Source of the DNA: Acutalibacteraceae bacterium
GTDB lineage: Bacteria > Bacillota > Clostridia > Oscillospirales > Acutalibacteraceae
Assembly: GCA_045659605.1 (NCBI GenBank)
Contig: JAZOXF010000032.1
Location: 5,364-69,363 of the forward strand
Reading direction: 5' to 3'
Length of the DNA: 64,000 nucleotides
Positions 53,826 through 62,843 of this stretch are shown piece after piece. Positions within the stretch are counted from its first letter, which is position 1. Each line of letters begins with the position of its first letter. The position numbers and the translations under genes are program-made. The notes beneath the pieces were generated by a model. The model worked only from the letters and a program-made list of their open reading frames with translations, had not been told where the DNA came from and made no database searches.

Positions 53826-54956
53826 ATGAGGGTCGCAATGATTGGACATAAGGTAGTTCCATCCCGCCGCGGAGGTATTGAAAATGTGCTTACCACCCTT
53901 TGTCCTTTATTAGCCGAAATTGGCATTGATGTTACTTGTTACAATCGCTCGGGTCAAAAAATAGAAAACGAGTATATTGGCACAGTAATTGATGAAAAAT
54001 ATGGCGAAGTAAAGCTTAAAAAGGCTTGGACATTGAATTTTAGAGGTCTTTCGGCAATGATTGCTTCTTTCACTGCGGCCATAAGCGCAACCTTTGGAAA
54101 TTATGATGTTATCCATTTCCACGCCGAAGGCCCGTGCGCCGCTATGTGGATTCCGAAAATGTTTCGCAAACGCTGTGTTGCAACTGTTCACGGACTTGAT
54201 TGGCAAAGAGAAAAATGGGGCAAAGGTTTCGCTTCTAAATACATAAAATTCGGCGAACGAGTAATGGTTAAATATGCCGATGAGATTATTGTTTTAAGCG
54301 AAAGCGCCCGTGATTATTTTAAACAAACCTATAATCGCGAAACGGTACTTATTCACAACGGAATAGAAAGACCGGCCAAAAAGGATGCCGAAAAAATCAC
54401 CGAATTGTATGGAATTTCAAAAGGTGAGTATATTTGTATGGTATCAAGACTTACCGCCGAAAAAGGCGTTCATTACCTTATTGATGCTTATAATAATATT
54501 AAAACCGATAAAAAACTTGTAATCGCCGGTGACACCAGCGATACCGATGATTACGTTAAAATGTTAAAAGAAAAAGCGAAAAATAATCCTAATATAATTT
54601 TCACAGGATTTATATCGGGAGATGTTTTAAGAGAAGTTTACAGTAACGCTTATTTGGTTGCCCTTCCATCGGATATTGAGGGTATGTCTTTAAGCCTGTT
54701 GGAAGCCTTGGCTTATGGAAATGCGGTGCTGTGTTCTGATATTCCCGAAAATACTTTGGTTACCGAAGATAAAGCGATGCACTTCAGTAAAAGTAATATA
54801 GAAGATTTAACCGCTAAATTGCAAACTATGTGCGATGATGAGTCGTTGGTTAATAATCTTAAAAACGGCGTTGATGAATTTATTGTTGCCAAATATAGTT
54901 GGCAGGATGTTGCAACCGCCACCCATAACCTTTATAAAAAGGTTATGCAATTTTAG
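53826..54956 (+). CDS. Glycosyltransferase family 4 (GT-B), DUF1972/WchF-like N-terminus
   Basis: IGHKVVPSRRGGIENVLTTL at the N-terminus. The C-terminal EX7E region is PSDIEGMSLSLLEALAYG. Confidence 0.75.
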   Translation: MRVAMIGHKVVPSRRGGIENVLTTLCPLLAEIGIDVTCYNRSGQKIENEYIGTVIDEKYGEVKLKKAWTLNFRGLSAMIASFTAAISATFGNYDVIHFHAEGPCAAMWIPKMFRKRCVATVHGLDWQREKWGKGFASKYIKFGERVMVKYADEIIVLSESARDYFKQTYNRETVLIHNGIERPAKKDAEKITELYGISKGEYICMVSRLTAEKGVHYLIDAYNNIKTDKKLVIAGDTSDTDDYVKMLKEKAKNNPNIIFTGFISGDVLREVYSNAYLVALPSDIEGMSLSLLEALAYGNAVLCSDIPENTLVTEDKAMHFSKSNIEDLTAKLQTMCDDESLVNNLKNGVDEFIVAKYSWQDVATATHNLYKKVMQF

Positions 54957-54974
54957 TGAAAGGAAGTTTATGGT

Positions 54975-55943
54975 ATGAGAAGATATAAACTTACTGAAAA
55001 ATCCAAGAAAATAAGGGTTTTAAAACTGTTTTTAATAAGTTTGATTTTTGTTGGCATTGCGGCTTCTATTGGCGTAGTTGGTTGCAATTACATTGAAAAC
55101 CGAAACTTTAAAGAAACCTTTTACTGTGTCAGCAGTCTGAAGGTTAACAATAAGATAAGGGTTGTTCAAATTTCTGATTTGCACAATGCTTCTTACGGTA
55201 AAAACAACAAAAAACTTATTGAAAGAGTAGAAAAGTTAGACCCTGATTTGATTGTTTATACAGGCGATTGCGTTGATTCTAACACAAAATCGATAGATAA
55301 GGTTGTTCAGTTGTGCTCTACGCTTGCAAAGGTAGCCCCTTCTTATTACATATACGGCAACAACGAGGTTGAAAAGTACTATGATGTGCTTTTAACCCAA
55401 AAAGATTTGGATGAGAAATTCGGATTTAACGATAAAAACCGTGACCCTGAGAAACTTTTGAAAATAACCGATTCCTTAACAAAAAAACTTGAAAAAGCCA
55501 ATGTTAAAGTTCTTAAAAACAGTATGGATACCATAACTGTTGGGTCTACAAATATTGATGTTTACGGCGTGTTAACATCTAATCCTTCATCCTTTTGGTC
55601 CTACGGCGGGGATAGTTTTGATAAATATATTTTCTCCAACGAAAATAATTTAAAAATAACTGCAATTCACGAACCTTTGGTTTTTGAAGAGTATACACCC
55701 GATACTTGGGGCGATGTGTTATTGGCAGGTCACACCCACGGTGGAACGGTTAAAATTCCGATGATTGGACCTTTATATACTCATGACGGTGGATTTTTAC
55801 CTGCCAGAAGCGGACATTTGGTTTACGGAAGATATGATGTTCAAGGCAGACCCTTAATTGTTAGTTCGGGACTTGAAAATAATAATATTTTCAGAATCAA
55901 TAACCAACCCGAACTGGTAGTTGTTGATATCAACAAATTTTAA
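54975..55943 (+). CDS. Membrane-anchored metallophosphoesterase (YkuE-like calcineurin fold)
   Basis: An N-terminal TM, then ISDLH, GDCVD, GNNE, HEP and GHTHGG. Confidence 0.8.
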   Translation: MRRYKLTEKSKKIRVLKLFLISLIFVGIAASIGVVGCNYIENRNFKETFYCVSSLKVNNKIRVVQISDLHNASYGKNNKKLIERVEKLDPDLIVYTGDCVDSNTKSIDKVVQLCSTLAKVAPSYYIYGNNEVEKYYDVLLTQKDLDEKFGFNDKNRDPEKLLKITDSLTKKLEKANVKVLKNSMDTITVGSTNIDVYGVLTSNPSSFWSYGGDSFDKYIFSNENNLKITAIHEPLVFEEYTPDTWGDVLLAGHTHGGTVKIPMIGPLYTHDGGFLPARSGHLVYGRYDVQGRPLIVSSGLENNNIFRINNQPELVVVDINKF

Positions 55944-55961
55944 TTAAAAGGAGTGCAATAT

Positions 55962-57320
55962 ATGTATTCATCACTTTTGCAAAAAGTACCCGTTGCGATA
56001 GCGGCAGTATTGCTGTTGGCGGCGGCTTTGATAATATATTTCCGTTCTAAAAATGTTACACGTACCGAGTTTGTTAAGATATTAAAGGCTACAAAATATC
56101 TTCAGGTTTGGGTGATTGTTTTTGTGATTGCTTTAACCGGTGTTTTTGGCATTTTTAATCATCTGAAATCTAAACAATCGGTTATGGCGGTAGTTTCCCT
56201 TAATTATTCCGAAGCTTCCATGGCGCAAAATTCCAACGGCACCCGATATAATATGGCTGAAATTATTTGCGATGAAGTAGTAGAAAAGGCAATTGATATG
56301 GGCGCATTTGAGGATGTTACCGTTAAGCAACTTAAAAACTGCTTGTCGGTTTATCCTTATGTTCAGGGTGATGTAAACGATAAATCCAATTATCACATTT
56401 CTACTGAATTTGTTGTTGAGTATCATGCTTCAAAACATACCGACCATTTAAATTCCGAAAATGTAATTATGTTGATTACAAGCGCTTATAAGGAATATTA
56501 TATTGAAAAATATACCGATAATTATAGTCTTACCGCGAAGGTAGAAAAACCTGATTTTTCCAAGATGGAATATATGGATATCGTAAGTTATTTTAATAAG
56601 GAAACAACATCGGTTTTAAATTATTTATACGGTATGGGAGAAAAAGGCCCAAGTTTTGTTACCCAAAACGATGCAACCTTCAATTCAATTGCAGGTAAGG
56701 TTTATCAGTTTAAAGAAACCCAAATTGAACAAAACTTGAGTTCCCTTATTTTGCAATACGGTATTGCAAAAGATAAGGCGGGTTATATTGATAGGCTTTC
56801 TTATCAAAATAAAAATACCGATTTTAACAAGCAAAAGAATTCGGCTTCCTTTGGTCTTTGTAATGCGGCTATTGATATGTACGCCGAGGAAATGACACGA
56901 GTTGTTTTAGTTCCTACTTGGGACGGCAGCGGTAAATATTATATGGGCCGAACAAAGGTGGGTATTGACGAACTGTCTGTAATGGCTGCATCTTTTAGCG
57001 ATAAGGTAGCTACTAACGATAAGGCGATTATGGATAACCAACTTGTTATAGAAAAAATGGAGTCGGCAATTAAAAACGGTTCGGCAAATTCTCAGGCAGA
57101 CGCGCTTATTAAGTCAATTGATAAAAGTATAGAAAACTTTAAGATTGAAGCTATTCAGGCGGGTAGAGAATATTCAAACTATACAATGAATCAGTGTATC
57201 GCTGTCAGCATTTCGGGGGTTTCCTTGTTTAGCCAATTAAAGGTTATTGCCCTGTTTGCAATTTTTGCTTACATTGCTGCAATAATGTTTTCAGTCTCTA
57301 AAAAATTTCCCAAGTCATAA
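55962..57320 (+). CDS. Polysaccharide-copolymerase-like membrane protein (TM - large extracytoplasmic domain - TM)
   Basis: Two N-terminal hydrophobic helices, a ~370-aa hydrophilic domain predicted helical, and a C-terminal TM (VIALFAIFAYIAAIMF). The call rests on topology and context only. Confidence 0.4.
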   Translation: MYSSLLQKVPVAIAAVLLLAAALIIYFRSKNVTRTEFVKILKATKYLQVWVIVFVIALTGVFGIFNHLKSKQSVMAVVSLNYSEASMAQNSNGTRYNMAEIICDEVVEKAIDMGAFEDVTVKQLKNCLSVYPYVQGDVNDKSNYHISTEFVVEYHASKHTDHLNSENVIMLITSAYKEYYIEKYTDNYSLTAKVEKPDFSKMEYMDIVSYFNKETTSVLNYLYGMGEKGPSFVTQNDATFNSIAGKVYQFKETQIEQNLSSLILQYGIAKDKAGYIDRLSYQNKNTDFNKQKNSASFGLCNAAIDMYAEEMTRVVLVPTWDGSGKYYMGRTKVGIDELSVMAASFSDKVATNDKAIMDNQLVIEKMESAIKNGSANSQADALIKSIDKSIENFKIEAIQAGREYSNYTMNQCIAVSISGVSLFSQLKVIALFAIFAYIAAIMFSVSKKFPKS

Positions 57321-57347
57321 ACGAAGATCACATAGGAAGGTGAAAAA

Positions 57348-59225
57348 ATGAAAAATTTTCAAATTATGAGATATTTAAAAAAGCTTTTGCCGATTTTTGT
57401 GGTTTTTTGTTTGGTGGCTACTTATGCAATTAATTTCAAACTCAAAGGTTCTAATACCTATGTAGCATCTGAAGTTATTCACTACAATGACCCTGCGGCA
57501 GAACAGGGATTAACCCCAACAGGTTCCAAACTGGATGTTAACGAAATTAAATCTTCGGCTGTAATGTCAAAGGTTGTTGACAAAATGGGGCTCACCGGAA
57601 TTTATTCGGTGGACAGTTTGATTTCAAGAGTTTCTATAACCCCACTTCCCGATGAGGATAAAATAGCTCAAAAGGAAGCAAAACTCGAAGAGGGCGAAGA
57701 ATACATCTACGAGCCAAGTACATATATCGTGTCTTTCACAGCTACAAACAATGAAGGACCTGATTTTGCGAGAACTATTCTTGATGAAACCCTTGACGTG
57801 TATTTTGCTGAATACAGCCAAAAATATGTTAACGTCGCTCCCGTGAAAAATGTCATAGATGATTTAGAAAACGAGAACTATGACTATATTGAAATGTTAG
57901 AAATAATTGATATGGGTATTGATGAAACATTGAATACTTTATATCAAAGAATGGAACAAAATCCTTACTATAGGGCAACTAATACAGGAGCTTCCTTTAG
58001 TGATTTGGCCGATGAGTTTAATTATTTAAGAAATGTCAGATTATCGGCATTGTTTTCAAAGATTTATAAAAACCAAATAACAAAAAACAAGACAATTTTG
58101 GTTTCTGATTATACAACAAGAATTGATAATAACAATATTTTAAATACAAAAGAAGAAAGTATCGTTAAAGATACGGTTGATGTTATTGACGCTTATGTTG
58201 AAAAAATGAGAGAGTCAGGAAACACCAACATTACTTATGAGTATATTCTTGATAACGTTCACGAGCGCAATTTGGTTGACGGTTCGGGTAATCCTATTAC
58301 ATCGGGTGACCAAACAGTAACATACGATGAGTTAATCTACAGTTGGAGAGACCACAACGAAACAAAAGAATACTCCATCATTGATACTGCTTATTGCCAA
58401 TATATTATTGAAACATTTTCGGCTTGTACCGGTAAATGCAACGGTAAGGAATGTTTAACTTCATCCCAAACCTGTACCGAATTGCACGATGAAAATTATA
58501 AAGAATTGAAAAAAGAAATTGACACTGAAATAGAGTCGCTTATTTCCGATTTGACAAAACTCTACAATACTACAATGAACACCAATGATGAGTATAATCA
58601 GTACCTTGGCGCAAGTTATATTTCGGTTTTATCCACTGCATCGGTAAAACCCAGCATTAATGTAAATCTTTACACTTTAATTGCCTTCTTCTTCCTTGTA
58701 ATTCTTTGCTGCGGCGGCGCGATTGTGTTGGGAAGAATGGGAGATATTATCAGTTACATCTTCTACACCGACCATCTTACCGAACTTAATAACCGCGCTT
58801 ATTTTGACAAATATCTAAAGTCTATGGATAAGAAGCTCTTGGATAACGGAACGGTTTATTGTATGGTTGAGATAGCAAATCTCGGCGCCATTAACAATGA
58901 ATACAGTCGACAAATAGGCGATGGCATCATTAAGATGTTCACAACATACTTGAAAGAATCTTTTGGTAAAACAAATGCCGAGTTTGTTTATAATGGCAAC
59001 GGTAGTTTTGTAATTATGGCTAAAGATTCCGATTATATCACTGTTGAGGATATTTTAAGACTCTTCGGTTTGAGACTTGATGAACGCGAAGATTATCAAA
59101 ACATAAAAATTGAATACAAGGTTGGCATTGCCGAAACCTTTAAAGAAAATCAAACTGCAAGAAGATTGCTTTCCGAAACCATTAAAAATAAAAAAGATTT
59201 TACATCTGAGGTTTTGGGAAAATAA
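57348..59225 (+). CDS. Wzz/PCP-like chain-length-determinant fused to a C-terminal degenerate GGDEF domain
   Basis: TM1, then a Wzz-like start (YVASEVIHYNDP...EIKSSAVMSKVVDKMGL), a coiled-coil region and TM2 (LIAFFFLVILCCGGAIVLG). The cytoplasmic part is DHLTELNNRAYFDKYL...CMVEIANLGAINNEYSRQIGDGII...FVYNGNGSFVIM...KVGIAE. This is a GGDEF fold with the metal and GG(D/E)EF residues replaced. Confidence 0.65.
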   Translation: MKNFQIMRYLKKLLPIFVVFCLVATYAINFKLKGSNTYVASEVIHYNDPAAEQGLTPTGSKLDVNEIKSSAVMSKVVDKMGLTGIYSVDSLISRVSITPLPDEDKIAQKEAKLEEGEEYIYEPSTYIVSFTATNNEGPDFARTILDETLDVYFAEYSQKYVNVAPVKNVIDDLENENYDYIEMLEIIDMGIDETLNTLYQRMEQNPYYRATNTGASFSDLADEFNYLRNVRLSALFSKIYKNQITKNKTILVSDYTTRIDNNNILNTKEESIVKDTVDVIDAYVEKMRESGNTNITYEYILDNVHERNLVDGSGNPITSGDQTVTYDELIYSWRDHNETKEYSIIDTAYCQYIIETFSACTGKCNGKECLTSSQTCTELHDENYKELKKEIDTEIESLISDLTKLYNTTMNTNDEYNQYLGASYISVLSTASVKPSINVNLYTLIAFFFLVILCCGGAIVLGRMGDIISYIFYTDHLTELNNRAYFDKYLKSMDKKLLDNGTVYCMVEIANLGAINNEYSRQIGDGIIKMFTTYLKESFGKTNAEFVYNGNGSFVIMAKDSDYITVEDILRLFGLRLDEREDYQNIKIEYKVGIAETFKENQTARRLLSETIKNKKDFTSEVLGK

Positions 59226-59252
59226 TTTAAAATAAAGCCGAAAGGAGGGTAA

Positions 59253-60563
59253 ATGAAAATGGAAAATAAACTGACAACCACCGGATTAAAGGGGTATTTT
59301 ATCGCAGTAGCGGTGCTTATGTACTATTTCCTTACCGAAACTATTAATCTTGGTTTGTTTGTTACCTATCGACATGCATTTGCCCTCGTTTTGTTTGCTT
59401 CGGCCTTCTTTTGTTTTTTGTTTAAACCTAACATTGCAAGAGGTGTTACTACACTTAAATCAACCTTTGTTTACTGTGTTCCCCTTATTGTAACCATTTT
59501 GGCTTCACTTTTTATATGGTTTATGGGTCAGGTGGATACAGCGGTTATTGCTCGCGGATTATCGGGAGCCTTTGTTTATAACAATATGATTTCCTTTACC
59601 CTTGCGGCAGTTGCATTTTTATATATTTTCGGTGAAAAAGGAATTTGGTATAACCTTATTGCAATTCTTATTTCAAATATGCTAATTATTTTTACCGTTA
59701 TTCTTCAAAACGGAATAGGCGTTTTCTTTTCCGAATTTGTAAGGCTTATTGTAACCTTTGCGGGAGAAACGGGAGATGTTATTGTTCAGGCCGAAATTCA
59801 CGAACTTGCTTTTTGTCTCGGTGCATATTTGATATATATGTTATTTAATTTTAAGAAAAATATAGTGTTTTTCATTCTTTTGGCGCTTACAGGATTTTGT
59901 TTTCTTGCTGCCTTTAAGCGAATTGGTATTATTGCAATTGTGGTTGCTCTAGGGTTGGGTTTTGCGCTAAAGTTTGTTGCAAAATTCAAAGAAAGCACAG
60001 CTAAAAATTTATCGGTAATATTTTCAGTGGTTTTGGTGCTGTTGCTGATAGGCTATATTGCAATCATAAAACTGGATGTTTTCACATTGCTTGAAAAAGC
60101 AGGAATTAACACCAGCGGTCGTGTTGAAATTTACAATGCGGTTGATAAATTTTACGATTTTTCTCCCGAATTTTTGGGTAACGGAATAGGATATTTAACA
60201 TATCAATTAAGTACCAATATGAATGTGGGCGTTTCATCGGTTCACAATGACTTTTTACAGTATTTCATCGACCTTGGATTTTGGGGATATATTTTGTGGC
60301 TTGTTTCTATGACAACGTTAAGGGTTTGTTATTTCGGCTCCAAGGGCAAAACCGATAACGGAATTTTAGCCTTAGCGCTTACGGTTTATCTTATCATAGT
60401 TTCTTCTACCGATAACACAATGAACTATCCACTGCTTACTACCGTAATTGCAATTATAATGATAGGCCACGGATTTGATGAATCGGTGCGTTTTAACGAA
60501 AATAAAATGTTTGGCTATGTTTCAAAAGTAAATGAAAGCCCGAAAGGGGATTCGCTTTTATGA
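59253..60563 (+). CDS. wzy: O-antigen/EPS polymerase (Wzy, O-antigen ligase family)
   Basis: About 11 TM helices and an extracytoplasmic loop with SSVHNDFLQYFIDLGFWG (Wzy_C-type motif). Confidence 0.7.
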   Translation: MKMENKLTTTGLKGYFIAVAVLMYYFLTETINLGLFVTYRHAFALVLFASAFFCFLFKPNIARGVTTLKSTFVYCVPLIVTILASLFIWFMGQVDTAVIARGLSGAFVYNNMISFTLAAVAFLYIFGEKGIWYNLIAILISNMLIIFTVILQNGIGVFFSEFVRLIVTFAGETGDVIVQAEIHELAFCLGAYLIYMLFNFKKNIVFFILLALTGFCFLAAFKRIGIIAIVVALGLGFALKFVAKFKESTAKNLSVIFSVVLVLLLIGYIAIIKLDVFTLLEKAGINTSGRVEIYNAVDKFYDFSPEFLGNGIGYLTYQLSTNMNVGVSSVHNDFLQYFIDLGFWGYILWLVSMTTLRVCYFGSKGKTDNGILALALTVYLIIVSSTDNTMNYPLLTTVIAIIMIGHGFDESVRFNENKMFGYVSKVNESPKGDSLL

Positions 60564-61771
60564 AAATATTAATGGTGAATAAGTTCCTTTATCCCAGAGG
60601 CGGTTGTGAAACCTATATGTTGAATTTGGCGGAAGAACTTAAAGCCAAAGGACACGAAGTTGAGTACTTCGGAATGTATGACCCCAAAAATACAGTTGGA
60701 AATTCTATGGGTTTATATACCACCAATATGGATTTCCATTCCACAGGATTTCAAAGATTTTTTTATCCCTTTAAAATAATTTATTCTCACGAGGCTTATA
60801 AGAAAATTTCAAAGGTATTAGATGATTTTAAACCTGATATTGTTCATATGAATAATATCAATTTTCAACTAACACCATCAATTATTTACGCCATAAAAAA
60901 GCGCAATATCCCCCTTGTTCAAACGGTTCATGATTATCAAATGATTTGTCCTAACCATCTTTTATATAGTTTTAATGAAACAAAACCTTGCGAAAGATGT
61001 ATAAACGGCTCAAAGTTTAATTGTTTTAAATATAATTGTATTCACGGGTCAAAGGCTAAAAGTTTAATCGGTTCCATTGAAGCCAAATTGTATTCTTGGC
61101 TTAAAACCTACAAAAAAGTAGATTTGTATGTTTGTCCAAGTAGGTTTTTGGAAAGCAAACTTTTAAGCGTTTCGGATATTTATTCCGGCAAAACCTTTGC
61201 CATACATAACTTTATTGAAAAGAAACCCTTGCCCGAAAAAATTGATGGAGAAAAACCTTATGTGGCTTTTGCAAGTAGGCTTTCGAAAGAAAAAGGGGTT
61301 ACACTTTTGGCCGAGGCTGCAAAACTTTTGCCACAATATAGATTTGTTGTGGCGGGAAACGGCCCTGATGATGAATGTCTAAAGAATATTCCTAATGTTG
61401 AGTTAAAGGGTTTTGTTACGGGAAATGAACTCATTTCCTTGATAGCAAATGCAAAACTTATGATTTTGCCTTCGGTTTGGTATGAAAATTGTCCTTTAAA
61501 TATATTGGAGACTCATTCTTTTGGTGTTCCTGTTATAACAATGAATAGTGGCGGTATGGCGGAACTTGTTGATGACGGCCAAACGGGAATACTTATAAAC
61601 CAACCAACCGCTAAGGAAATTGCTAAAGCAATTGAGAAATGTTTTGAAGATGAAGAGTTTTATAACTTCTTAAAGAAAAATTGCGAAAAAATGCCCGACC
61701 AAATTATTGAGGTCGGCGAGTATTGTGATATCTTGTTAGGTAAGTATCAAAAAATTATAAACAAGAGGTGA
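60560..61771 (+). CDS. Glycosyltransferase family 4 (GT-B)
   Basis: MKILMVNKFLYPRGGCETY. The C-terminal EX7E region is PSVWYENCPLNILETHSFG. Confidence 0.8.
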   Translation: MKILMVNKFLYPRGGCETYMLNLAEELKAKGHEVEYFGMYDPKNTVGNSMGLYTTNMDFHSTGFQRFFYPFKIIYSHEAYKKISKVLDDFKPDIVHMNNINFQLTPSIIYAIKKRNIPLVQTVHDYQMICPNHLLYSFNETKPCERCINGSKFNCFKYNCIHGSKAKSLIGSIEAKLYSWLKTYKKVDLYVCPSRFLESKLLSVSDIYSGKTFAIHNFIEKKPLPEKIDGEKPYVAFASRLSKEKGVTLLAEAAKLLPQYRFVVAGNGPDDECLKNIPNVELKGFVTGNELISLIANAKLMILPSVWYENCPLNILETHSFGVPVITMNSGGMAELVDDGQTGILINQPTAKEIAKAIEKCFEDEEFYNFLKKNCEKMPDQIIEVGEYCDILLGKYQKIINKR

Positions 61772-61776
61772 AAATA

Positions 61777-62832
61777 GTGTCGTTGCCCAAGGTTAGCATT
61801 GTTGTACCTGTGTATAATACCGAAAAATATCTTAAACAATGCATAGATTCCTTAACATCCCAAACCCTTGAGGAAATAGAAATAATAATTGTTGATGACG
61901 GTTCCAAAGAGGAATGTGCCTTTCTTTGCGATGAAATTTCCAAAACCGATTCTAGAATCAAGGTTGTTCATAAGCAAAACGGCGGTTTAGGTTTGGCCCG
62001 AAATACGGGTATTGGGGTGGCAACGGGCGAATACATAGGCTTTGTGGATTCGGATGACTATGTCGATTCACAAATGTATAAATCTCTTTACGATGCAGCA
62101 GTAAAAAACGATGCTGACTTATGCTTGTCGGGAATTAGTTTTGTTGGCGGTAATACCTTTAGTAAATCGGGAGATTATACCGAGAAACACTATTTTGACA
62201 AGGATACTGTTTTTGAAAATGAGGGTATTAAAGAACTTCTTTTAGGAGTTGTTGGCGCATTGCCCAATGAACCTGATGACAGCCGATACGGAGTTAGTGT
62301 TTGTAAAAATATTTTCAAACGTTCCTTGTTAAATGATAGAAAAATTGATTTTTTTTCCGAGCGCAAAATCATCAGCGAGGATACGCTTTTTATGGTAGAC
62401 TTTATTAAATGTTGCAAAAAAGCGGTGGGAATTTACGGGGCGTTTTATTGTTACAGGAGAAACGATGAGTCCCTTTCTAAATCTTATAAGGCTGACCGTT
62501 TCGAGAAAGTATTAATCTTTTTGTCCTGCCTTGAGGAACATTTAAAAGATGTATTAAAAAAAGAAGAATATGAGTTATATTTAAACCGCTTAATTCAAGG
62601 ATATGCCCGAGTTGTGGCTTCCCAAGAAATTGTCTATGCAAAGGATAAAAAAACAGGTCACTTTACTTTGCGCGGGCGACTTGAAGAAATTTGCACAAAC
62701 AAAAAAATAGTTTGCGCATTAAAAAAATACCCTTGGCATAAATTACCCAAAAAACAAGCGGCATTCGCATTCGCAATGAAGTACAAATTATACTTTTTGC
62801 AAAAATTAATGGTGTTATTTAGAGCAAGATAG
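61777..62832 (+). CDS. Glycosyltransferase family 2
   Basis: VSIVVPVYNTEKYLKQCIDSLTSQT, IIVDDGS and FVDSDD (DXD). The start is GTG 61777 (after GAGGTGA) or GTG 61768. Confidence 0.8.
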   Translation: MSLPKVSIVVPVYNTEKYLKQCIDSLTSQTLEEIEIIIVDDGSKEECAFLCDEISKTDSRIKVVHKQNGGLGLARNTGIGVATGEYIGFVDSDDYVDSQMYKSLYDAAVKNDADLCLSGISFVGGNTFSKSGDYTEKHYFDKDTVFENEGIKELLLGVVGALPNEPDDSRYGVSVCKNIFKRSLLNDRKIDFFSERKIISEDTLFMVDFIKCCKKAVGIYGAFYCYRRNDESLSKSYKADRFEKVLIFLSCLEEHLKDVLKKEEYELYLNRLIQGYARVVASQEIVYAKDKKTGHFTLRGRLEEICTNKKIVCALKKYPWHKLPKKQAAFAFAMKYKLYFLQKLMVLFRAR

Positions 62833-62843
62833 GAGTTAAAAGG

